Shown in pieces: positions 23,801-35,800 of a stretch of DNA of 40,827 nt. The notes beneath the pieces are model-generated. The model saw only the letters and a program-made list of their open reading frames with translations, did not search any database and had not been told where the DNA came from. Source of the DNA: Sphacelaria rigidula (Eukaryota); assembly GCA_964200075.2 (NCBI GenBank), contig CAXNAA020000009.1, positions 1-40,827 on the forward strand. Direction: 5' to 3'. The stretch's first letter is position 1; every line of letters starts with the position of its first letter. Both the position numbers and the translations under genes were made by a program.

Positions 23801-26800
23801 AGGTCTCACCTTCTTCACCATGGCAAACATGGAACCAACACTGGGGATCTCTGTGCACGGTGCGGCTCTCTTTGCCCCCGCGTCATTTCTTTCCCCGACA
23901 CCAGCGGTGAATACACGGTTCAGCACCTCTGACACCGATACCTGCAGCAGCCCAAATCGACAATAGCACAAGGGGAAAGCGCTCGTGGTGTGAAGACATG
24001 AGAAATATCTCCAACCCGGTCACATGAGAGTGTTTCATTTTGGCACACGTTTGTGGCTTCATCTTTCACAAACATAACCTGCGAATATTAGCATGGGGAA
24101 CACACACACCTACTTGCTCGAATATTCTCCACGACAAGAGCGATTGGATACAACCCCACTCCCAGGAAGTAGCAGCCGCGCCAACAGTCCACGTGTTCCG
24201 GAAGAGATCACCGGCTTCAATATTGCCTCGTGACACAACCTAGGGTGAGATCTCGTGACAATTCGCTAGCGAGTACCGTTGTACAGAAGATGTTGACAGC
24301 GTTCGACCCGCCGAGTACAGACTAGGCAGTGTGACCACTCGCCCTTTCACACGGCGGTTCCTATATTTACTGACATCCTTCGCTCTTCGCAGGTCATGGC
24401 AGACGAACACACCAATGGTTTGGCAGAACTCTGTGGCAGATAGACCTGCGTGGAATGCTATATAAAAAGGATTTCAAGAGTCTGCAGGCCTCGGTCCAGT
24501 ACAGAACCACTTCGAAAATGACCCCTCACCTCCAGCACCTCATCGTACTGAGACACAAGTTTGCAAAGCTTCCGGTGCGACTTCTCGGATGCCTCCGCCA
24601 GCGAGTAATACGTTTGCTCATCCCACCTGTTCAGCAACACAGTAACATCGATACTGCTCGTCAACACGAAAGCAATCTTGCCACATTTTCCCTGTACAGA
24701 AAATCCGCCCACGAGTTGATCTGATCACACGCAATGCTTTGAAGGAACGGACCTCCCATCGGGATTGGCTGTAGTTGACGATGACGCTTTGGATCGTCAC
24801 TGCGTTGGACAGTCAACCAAGTGACCGTTTTTTTGCGCTTTGAAGTGACCTTTTTTTTGCGCATTCAATCGAGATCACTTACACACAAGGGTTCATCAGC
24901 AATCCGGTTTTCCAGTAATGCAACAGCTCATGATTGATACTCACTTCGCCAGTTTGACCTCCTCCTTCAGCTTTTTCTCGATGCTATTCCGGACTAAATC
25001 CCTCGAGCTCATCACGTCGTCGGAGAACTGCAGAACGAGCGTGAATCAGGGTATACGGCTAGTTAAGTTGTGCCCATTCCAAAGGATAAGACAGACATGT
25101 TCACCCTCAGAACAGCTACCCTACATACTCACTTTTATAAAAATTCGGACATTTTCGCTAAGCCGACGTTTCAGCGTGAGGAGCGGGATCCAGCGCACCT
25201 GAGAGTAGAACCGCCATATCCCTTGCACGACAACAGCCACGGTGGTGGATTGGGGATGTTCCTCGGCCACGGCACAGATGTGAGCAGCGAACGCTTGGAG
25301 CATCTGCAACCTAGCCATGAACTCACCGACGCTCGAAGTTCGAATAAAGTCGTCCAACGCCTGAAACAGAACTGCGGAGGACAACGGACGGGGTGGTCGT
25401 TACATCCTACAAGAAAATACTGAACACGACTTCACCTACTGATCTTTCGAGTTTTCCGTCAGCGAGGCGCGCGAGATATTCCGTCTCGCAAAAGCAAGTG
25501 AAGGGATTTTGCAGCGTCGACGAATCTCGTACTGGTGGATGATGACATACAAGCTCATGTCACGAATGTGCTCTGTGTGAGGGTTTGTTCTCCATAAGAA
25601 GGAATTCCTCATGAGGACCTTTTCCAGATGTTTTTGAACAAGTAAACCGATTTTCATCATCGCACATGATGACATATATGAGCAACAAAACGTAGTGTGG
25701 TGCAAGCCACTCGAGCAGGGCATATGCACATGGTGTTCGTCCTCGAAGTCAACGTACTCACTTCTGATGCGCGCAAAGCCGGCGGGATCGAAACCGGACA
25801 AACCGCCCTTGGCAGCTTCTCGCCTCGTGAATTGCCGGTCCTCGGGAACAAGCCCATGCCACACCCAATCGGCAAACGACTCCTTTGCAGTCGGCCAGTC
25901 AGGGACCGACAAGACCTTGGTGGGAGACTCCTCTGCTTCATGATCGCCAGTCGTGGAAGCCTCCACCAGAGAATCTTGATCCGCCTCCCCTAGCCATTTT
26001 CCATCGAGGAGTCGAAACAAGTGTAACCACCACCGGCTTCCCTGCACACCCGATAGCATGATTAAAACATGGTACGGGATTTTGCGTCGCGAACTAAACC
26101 CCATAATTTCTCGAGCTTCCCCCAACTTAGCGTGAAATGTAGTTAATACCAAACTCATCTTCGCGCACGCGGGCTCACTCGGGGTATTGAAGCGTCCCAT
26201 TTAATGTTACCGTCACCCACGTTGACTTCGAAAGAATTCCAATTAGGTGACCAGGTCAGCTACGAACCAAATGTGATCCCGGCGTCGAATATCACCTTCG
26301 TCACGGATGCTCGCTCTCGGCCATCAAGCAATTGCGGCCAGCCCTTCAACTCGATGCCCCTCCACCGCACAACAAGAGCGCTCAAAGGTCCAAGCTCCTC
26401 CTTCAGGCTAACACCGCGATGAGCGTTCTGTTCCCAGTCTTGCGCCTTTCGTAACGTGAGTTCCACCCCGGCAAGCACAGCAGCCAGCGGAGAATGGAGC
26501 GGCATCCGACGAACACGATCTGCTACTCTAGCTAGCTGTAGTCGGAGCATACACCAACAGAGTGTGCAACAAATTGCGATATATGAAGATCAACACTGTG
26601 CAACGAGACCAAAAGCGTGTGCAACGAGCACTGCGGACATTCCAATATCGAGTTCGAGTAATAAAACCTGACTGAAACTGCAAGGTTCGAATCCCAACGC
26701 TAACCCTGATAGCAAAGCAGACGAAAGGTCCACCTCCGCCCGTCATGATGATCCTTCCCAATACGCGGTAAAAAATATACTTTGCATTTCGAAAAATATA

Positions 26801-29800
26801 GTTAGCAACCGAACTCGCATCTTGAGCAGCGACAAAAAGATCCATCCGCACCTGAATAAGAATGCCGTGCCCAGGGAATTCCTCCAGTAAGTTGGCAGCA
26901 CGTCGCAACAAGGCCGTTAGAGGGCGGTCCGTCAAACGTGTCTCCCTGACGTTGGGATCTCGGTGGAAATCGACGTGAGAATCCACGAACTCGTAAGACC
27001 GGCCCGAAACACCCTCCTCTTTCACGGGCGTCCCCCTCATCATAGATTTCCGAGTGAAGTCGGCACACATTTTCGTCGCTGAAGCATCCCACAACAGTGT
27101 CGTTCCAGACTTGCACATGCGGGCCGCATCTGAAATCGCCAACATGTGCGCCGGTGCAAACGCCGCCTCAAGGTCCAAAAACTTCCCGCGGATATTCGCA
27201 TCCTTACCGACATCATCGGGCCTAGACACTAGTCGCGGGACACAAGCCGGGGCACTTGCGGTGGGTCCCGCCAGAAGAACCGCTGCGCGGTAAGAATCGC
27301 CGAACGCCATTACTCGAGCCGGTATCAAAGAATTCGAGACATCATCGCCGGCTGTGGGCGCGGCGTAGTGCACGCTCAAGCGCCGCAAGGCTATTCGCTT
27401 GCGAACTGCAAGGGACAAAAGCAGGCGCGCATGGCACGCTACGAGGGAGGACAGCTGTTCGTCGGAGAGATGCCTTAGGGCGTGTGGCTGCGTGCAATCT
27501 TCAGACGGTTCTTGTGCGGCGACTGAATCGGCCGCTATAGCGTCAGCTGTAGAGTCGTCAGATTCGGCCGTGAGAATGTCCTTGAATCTGCTGTGGTAGT
27601 CTGGGAAGAGCATGCGAAGTCGCTTCTCGTCGACAGCTTCTGCTGACTGTACCTGTTTTGTACGCGGTGTTGAGGGACGGTATCATGCTTGTCGTGACGT
27701 CACTCATGGACCCTTGGAGACGCACGGTGAAAAACGTTCCGATGGCTACGCAGTACTGTTATTTCTGTACTGAGCTTTTGATGCAGCCCCGTTATACAGT
27801 GTACACGTGGGGTACCGTCATACAATCCACGAATTCGTGGCGGACGTCAGCAGGAGACCTTCTTCGAACGGTGTATCTGCACTGCTGACACCAAGGTAAG
27901 AGAACATGGCAACTCATGCCCTGATTTGGGGTAAATGAAGTGCCCGAGTCATGCACAACATCACCCAGGACCTTCAAAGCATACTGTCCTCTGAGAGTTG
28001 GAGCTCAAAAATTCGAGGAGGGGTGTATGTCCCACGTGGTTTCATGAACAGCAGCATCAGCTGTTACCGCCGAAACTACGACATGTAGGCGTCTCGATGT
28101 TCCAAAGAAGCCATCAGGGAAAAAATTAGAGTATTGAGCTGAAAGTCCTCACCAAGGTAGGATAGCTTTCTTTCATCACCTGGCACTCGGAACATCTCGA
28201 CGCGTTCGTACCTTGCGAACTACTGTGAAATATCATAAGAATACGGCAGCAACTGCTCGCGAGTCACGAGCTACCTCCTGGTGAAAAATACTGGTTTTAC
28301 ACGGACGAGGGCACGTTTCCGTCAGTAAAAAATTAGAGTGTTTTAGAAGCTTGATACGTCCTCACGGCGATAGGACAGCTTTTTTTCTTCATTCGGAATG
28401 CCCTCGCGGAGCCGAGACGAGTGTCGCGTCAGTCGTCCACGCGTTTACACATCTCGACGACAGGTATGGAAATCGTACAGCGGTGGCCTCTGGGAAAAGC
28501 TACATACCACGTGCTCCTGCATCTTGTACTTGATGATTTCGGCCTCCGTCTCCTCCTTCTCCGCCTTTTCCGCTTCTGCCTCGGACCACGCTGTCACTGC
28601 TGCGCCCATTGCTTTTAGGGCGCAGTCCACCGCCGGCGCCTCCAGAGATCCCGATAGGAGAAGGATCTCGGCCCGTGAGAGGACAGCCTTTTCAAATCAT
28701 CATGAGCACACGGGAAGATATGTCTTCAAGCCGTGCAATTGTTCACAGACAGATCATGTACAACCCTCAACTTCACAGTACCAAGGACAGTCGATTACGT
28801 CAGTATAGTTTTCCAAACGCACAGCTTCATCGGTGCCGAAAACACTTCACGAGACAGATGCACTCCTCCCTCTCAAATACAAAATGTGCGAACTCCGACG
28901 TCTGGGATACGACTGGCCTTCCGAAAACGCAGAAAACTTCCATATGCCAGATAGCGAGGAGGCGCAGCGTCCATTTTGGATATCTTAATCTAGCTCAAGC
29001 ATAGGAGGACCATCACGCAGTGTCCGCAGAGTGATCCAGGCCAGGGGCCGTTCGAGCAGGAGCAAAGGAATTCAGAACCGAGGGGTTAAAAAGACCAGGA
29101 TGCCACAAATGCTGAGCCCGCATTCATGACTCCGCTGTTGATATGAGACGAAGTACCACACCTTGTTCGAACACCCGCCACTGCACACACCTGTAGCAGA
29201 GCCATATGCTGGGCGCCCGATCCTCCTCGGCCATTTGGAACTCGATAAGTTAGTGCGAAATTGAGTTCCTCGCCCAAGGAGTCGCCATCGTCTTCTCGAT
29301 CGTGCCGCGCAGTGTTGACAGTCGGACGCTCGCACGCAGGGTACGGGTACCGTAGAAGGAAGCTCTGCAGACGGATCAAAGAATCGCAACTGGTAGGTAC
29401 TGCACCTGTGGAAGGTTGGCATGCCGAGACGGGAGGAGATCGTGGGTTTGGGGCGATGCTGCATTGCAACCTGCACGCACCTCCAACACAGTTCATGAAC
29501 ACAGCTCGTACAAATCAAAATTTCGATGCTTTGACGCGACCAGCGAAAAGTGCGACGAACAGTAAAAGGTCGACAGTTTTCGAGACTCCATAACAACCCG
29601 ATGCAACCCAAGAATGTAGACAATTATCAACATGTGTTCCAGAACACATCTGAGTCGGTCAAGTTTGCCGCTAGCACAAGCAAACGAAAAAAAAAGATAG
29701 AAGCCTGAAAGTGCATCATCCGCACGCCCCGAACCTACCGGGCTGTCGTGCAGATTCTTCCGCAGATGATTTCCCAAGGGCATTTGTTGCACAAGCAGCA

Positions 29801-32800
29801 GCAAGCAGGCGCAGTCCCAATCGACACGTCTCAATCGCATCGCAGAGACCCGTCATCACGTCCGGGTAGGCTTCCATGTACTCCGTTCGCATCCGCTCTA
29901 GAAATGATCCGGCCGCCTCTTGCCACACAACTTCCTCTTCGAGAGCAGCTGATCTTGACTTGGCCGCCTTCGCGCTACTGCCTGTTTCCGATCGCGATTG
30001 GTGCAAGCCTTCCTGAGGAGGGTCTGCGACACCAGCGAGACTGCTCAGGTTGTGAGCGAGAGACGACACGCGTTCGGGGTTCCCAACTCCTCTGGCGAAG
30101 GCGTGAACGTCACGGAAGAGAGTTTGGAACGCCGGGCGATCCGCAGCACGCTCGATAGACTCAGACCCGAGACGACGACACTCTTCACGGAGACGCCTGG
30201 CTTGCTGCAGTAGGGGCTCCATCTGAATACGTCATACAACAGGTGTAACCGGTTGCAGAATTTGTGAACGAAAAAGCTCACGAATTTGGCAAGCCTACAA
30301 TTTGGTGGAAACGACCCGGGAAGACGAAATAAAACTGTCGCCGACAGGGCTGGAAAAAACACGCTGTGAAACGACCAAAATGTTCCAAAACAGATTCGGA
30401 GTCCACACCACGTTGTGCATTGCGGCGTGAAGCAACGAATGTTTGGTTCATCCCGCGGTGGCGCCGTACAATCAGCGTCCACCTAGGTGATTTTGCAAAA
30501 CTGCGAACCGACCAAGGAGAATGTTTTCCCGCCAGGTACGAGGCCCGAGGGCAAAGTTAGCGGGACTCCAACGTGGTGACGTGTTTGCTGAAACAGTTCT
30601 ACAGTTCGACAGAGGGCAACGTTTTCTCACCCCTGGTGGAACATCTTCACCACCCTCCAACCTCGATAACCACCGCCATGCTGTAAGGTCACTCTTTACT
30701 GTTGCCAGTCTCCGTTCCAACAATTTCTTCTCCAGCGATGGCTTCATTCCGGGGTCAACAGGGGACGACGGCAGCAACAACATCAACCTCAAGCAGCCGA
30801 GGAGGGTGATACCGAGCCCGGTTAACGCTTGCGCTGACTCAACCTCATCACATAAAGAGGAACCGACCACCTTCGACGCGTAACACATGGCTCGTGCACA
30901 CGGCACGATCAACGTGTCCCCAAGGTCCGTCAATCGGTTGTCTCTGCATGAACTCAAAGCTTTCCGCGCCTCCACCTCGAACTCGTCCGGATCTCTGCAA
31001 ACGCGACTGGCGGTGGTTCGGGGTGGATCGCCTCTCTCTCGAGGACTCATAAACGCTCTGCTGAACGATGGTACGCCTTCAGCAGCGGGGGACGCTTCAT
31101 CGAACGAGCACAGTGTTTCGTACAGACGACACCAGGCAAGGCTTAGCACTTTCTCCAGCACTTCCTCCGACGCAGATTCAAGGTCACGCAAGAGCCGCAT
31201 CGCGGTCCGAAATTGTGCCATTCTGGTGGACACGTTCATTAGTGTCAAGTCGACCACCTCTCGCCGTTGCGCCCCTCTTGCTCGGGCCGTATCCGAGGTC
31301 AACTTGTCCTGCAAAACAGATGAAGACGACAGTCGTAGCAGAAAAGCTGATCGCACAAGCGTCAAGAGTTGAGCGGGTCCACCACCCCACGAGGTGTCGT
31401 CAGGATGATCCCGTCGCTTGGAGCCGGTCACGCCGGGAAAGACAATATCATCACCGTCCTGAACCATTCGAGGGGGACCCAGTTCAGTCAAAATGGTGCC
31501 TGGTGATTGAAAGAGGTTGTCCCACAGACGTTGCCCCCACGCATCGAGGGCAACTGGAAGTATCTTCTTCAACATGGCCCTCAACCCCGACGCTGAGAGG
31601 TTATTTTCCCATGCCCAGATTAGAGTCTGGTAGGGTCGGGCAACAGCTGGAGACAACGTCGGGGTGGCGAGAAGAGCCGACCTCAGTCGTACAATGCGCG
31701 GCATGAGCGGCGCGGCGCGGTTGAGATCCGAAAAAGTCTCTTGGTTCTCCAGTGACAGTTGGGAGAGTGCTGCTAGCACCTTGCACTCTTCCGCAACAAT
31801 CCAATGCTCCATGAACGACGCAAGCTGTACGGCTGCCCAGCGGCGCAGAACATTCTCACCTTCACGGTCATCATCAGCGTGGTCAGACACAACCAGCAAC
31901 GTCGAATTGGCCACGGCCTCTTGCGCCTCCGTCTCAAAATCGTCGAATCTTCGTGTGTCTTGCACGCCATGATCCTCCTGCGCGGGCTCGTTTTTGCTGA
32001 CGTCCACATCATAACGTGTACCCTTGTGGGCCTTGGTGAACCGCGCTTGCGCGGTCCTCACCACCTCTTCAAGGACTTGAGGCAGACTTTCCGCAAGAGC
32101 AACGGTGGTGGCAGGGCCGTCTCTCCCGTTTCTTTCCACTCCCTCGTCGGCCGGATCAGTTCGAAGGGTCGAATCTCCGATGTCCTCGACTTCGCTCGAT
32201 GCCGCCCACTGCAGGGTGCACAGGGCATGCAATAGTTCTCTCTTAGCGTCGTCGGGGACACACAACGAAGGATGCGCCGATTCCAAAAGACTTCCCAACG
32301 TGGAAATCCCACTTGACGCGTGAGGTCTGTATGACACTCGAAATTCGGAAGCAAGACGATGAAGTCGACCGAGAGCACACGCTGCTGCACCGGTCGTGGG
32401 AGCGGCTGCGCGCGCACCATGCGCCCAAAGCGAGTCCGAGGCGAGCGAGGAGCCCCCCGCATGCTGCACGACGGCTGCTTCTATACGAGATCGGACAGCC
32501 TCGAAATTGGCACAAGTCGATGACACTCCCGACAGCTCAGAAACAGCCGGCGGCGACACACTACGAAGAACCGCCGTACGTTCACAGACCCAGCTCCACG
32601 AGACCAAGAACAGGTCCCAAGGGAACACCAATAGTACCGCGCCCGCTGAGGCATCAGGCTCAGCTTGGTTGGCACTTGTCGTGGCAAGAACATGAGACAG
32701 CGAGTCCCTCGCGTGGTAGACACCCGCAAGGGCAGAGTGAAACTCATCCGCCGCCTTCTCCCCCAGAGTCGTAACTATGTCAACAACTTGCCGACAGAGG

Positions 32801-35800
32801 TATTGCTTCAACCAGGAATCAACGGCGAAAATAAGCGGCGCTAGGTACGGCACGAGGGCCGTCCGCGCCAAACGAGTCTCCGCCGACCGTAAACCACCTC
32901 GTGAACTCGTCTGTGTTATGTTGCGGCCTCCCTCAGACACAAGGTAGGAAAGACCGATCCATCCCAACCCTCCCTCGCCGCTTCGCCCCGACTTCAGCCG
33001 CGACGACGCCTTGGAAACCTCCGCCTCTTCACGCAGGATGAGTGGGAGCCTCATCCCGACCGCGGCGTCAAGGAGGCTCAGATACAGTACGAGAGGTTTC
33101 CACGTCGAGCCGTAGTTGACGAAACGTTCAACGCCATACAGATGGTCAATGTTAGACCGTGGGTCAGCGGGCGCCCACACGGACAGGGCCGCTGACGCGG
33201 ACGCTAGCAGACTCCCCGGCGCTTCGGCATTTCCATGGGTCTTGTCAGAGAAGAGTCCTTTCACTTGGTCCTTCAAATCGGAGAGTATTGCCGATATCTC
33301 CGCCCACGAATGAGATTCCATCAACGCTTCAGTCATTGGAATGACAAGGTCGGACAACTTCGGGTACCGTCCTCGACCATTCCTATCTTGAGATATTCGC
33401 GCCGCGAGTGCGGCACGCTGTCCACGATCAGCGACGGAAGTTCGTCGAACAAAATGCGACGCAAGGTGAGAGAAGAAATCCTCGCGTGACATTTCCATTT
33501 TGTCGAGAGTAGTTATGTCGCGCAAACCGACGAAAAAGCTGGTGTCCAAAGCGGGCGAAGTGTTGCCGGCCCCCTCCACAGCTCCGACTGTGTACGTACC
33601 TTCCAGGACCAGCGAAGCGAGCATTTCCCCAGCACGAGAAGAACCCTCCTCAGTTATCACTTCGAGGATACACAGGACCCTGCCATCGGCGCTGACTTGG
33701 CTCCCCACGCTATCGCTTGTTCTCGCCCTCCACTCGGGAGGCATCATCGCCCTCGTCACACCTTCGGCGGCAGACGCAGCGCATCCGCTGATGTCGTTGC
33801 TGTTTGGGAGCAACGACGACAGCATCGCTTTGACGAAAAGAAGCTCGCCCCCAGTGGCGGTCGCCGTGGTCAGCCTCGGATACGCCAACGAGACTACTTT
33901 TTCAAGAACTTCATGAGGATTATGGTCACAGCTTGTAACACCTCGAGAATAAGCAGCGGCGACAAGTTCAGCCAAAAGGGCGAGTGAGCGGGGCGTCGTA
34001 CCCCCCGCGGCCGACGGGCCGCTCTCACCGTGTGCTGGCCGCGCTCGTTGAGTACAATGAGTAGAGATCATAGCAGCCGTCAGTGCTGATAAATGACCAA
34101 GTCCGTATGCACCGATGATTGAGAGCAGGTCGGATGCATGTTCGCTGACAAGTACCGACGGGGATCCGTAACCCCGCCCCGCGGTTTTGGTTGCTGCTAG
34201 TTCGAGCGAGACACCAGCTTGGTTATCGAGGAGGAAAATTTCCACGCAGCGGTTACGCATCGCTCGTGACACCTCTCCGCAGGAGGGGTCAGCCGTGAGA
34301 AAAAGGCGAAAGTTGGGATGAGGTCGAACCACCCTGTGCACAGCGGCTGAGTCGACAGCTCCGTGCGTTTCGTCACCGTCAGACGTGGAGCCGCATTCCG
34401 TCAACATCAGCACGCCTCCAGGTTCGAGTAAGGGGTTGATGCGGTCGAGGACACTGTTCATGCGAAATTGCAGGGGAAGGGAAGCGAGAGTTTTTTTGAG
34501 GCGGGGGACGGGGGTCCCAGCGGCAGTCATGTTTTGCTTTGGCGTGTAGGCTGATATCATTTCAGTGTCTAGGTCGCACACCTTACCCTCCTACCCCTCA
34601 GTCGTTGGAGTCTCGAGACGCTCCTGGTGGCAAGCTCAAGACGATTTGTTTCAAACTGAGGATACAGCAACACCAACCTTGCTGAGCACAAGTTGGCTGA
34701 CTCAAATACAAGCCAATCTCCGCGCTGTAAGGCCTTCACCAGGATACCATCGCTCCATTTGAAGCATGACGCGCCAGCCCGCCTTGGTTGATTTTTTCCG
34801 GCAGACTCTTGAGCAACTCCTATATTTTGCCGTTGGACGGCGGCGGCGAGTACCTTGGCTTGGTGCAGGTGCTGTCGAAGATTCGACCAAAAGGAGTCAT
34901 CTGTGTCGACGACAGAGAGGAGATACCTTGTGAGAGAACGTCCGCAATCGTTTGAACTTGCCTCACTCCACTATTCAACCATGATCACATGAGTGGTCGC
35001 TTCCGTTTTGGTTGTGGTACACATGAGGGCTGCCGCTCTTCAGAAAAAAACCCACCAACTCACGAACGGCGCATTCAAAAAACAATCCCCGTATTTGTAG
35101 TCGGCCGCGAAGGTACACCCCAACCCTTGTAACCTTGACCTCAACACATAGCTGAATATATCTTCAAACATTCACATATATACATCCGCAACGGATTTGT
35201 TCCGATGCCGTCATTGAAACGATGGAAGACCAAAGCAGTACTGAGGCTACACCGGGATCTGATCGGTCACCACATCCAAATCGAAGCAGCCGGTGCGGAG
35301 AAGGGGAGACTGTCGCTGCATCAGCTTGCAATTTCTCTTCACCCGAAAGTCGGAGTGAGATTTGTGATCATTACTCTTCATGTGCAGCGGAGTCATCTCA
35401 GGCACGAGTATCTAGTTCAATTTCCGATGCGTAGTAAAGCCCAACGACTGAGCATGTGGAGATACGTACCCTTTCTCGTAGCTGAAGCTCGCATCGTGGT
35501 TCCCGATATGTTGGTAGACTCCTCTTCGACGACTCCGCGCACAACTTGCAAAAAAAATTCCACGGCAATCATTCCCTACAAACAGGTAACAGAGAAACGG
35601 GCGTGCTTCGTTGAGAAGAAACCAAGACCGAGTCATACAAGCTCGCCGACTTCCTGCCTAACGAACATCTGTTGACGCGTCAAAAAGAAGGAAAGGACGT
35701 CCAACATGGGCAACCGGATGGAACACGTTGCGTTGGATTTCTGTCATCGGCTGAGGGCACTGTACGTTTGACCTTGCACGACAAGTCGATTCTAGGCAAG

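Noticed and set aside
13989-24450. The six-copy repeat read as a SINE/MITE, CRISPR-like array or repeated peptide (ORFs containing LSATEFRQTIGAFVCHDL or TTRPFTRRFLY)
   Set aside because: No Pol III boxes, tail or TSD; spacing is irregular and intron-bound; strand is fixed. H/ACA boxes, rRNA complementarity and covariation explain it better, and the ORFs are incidental.
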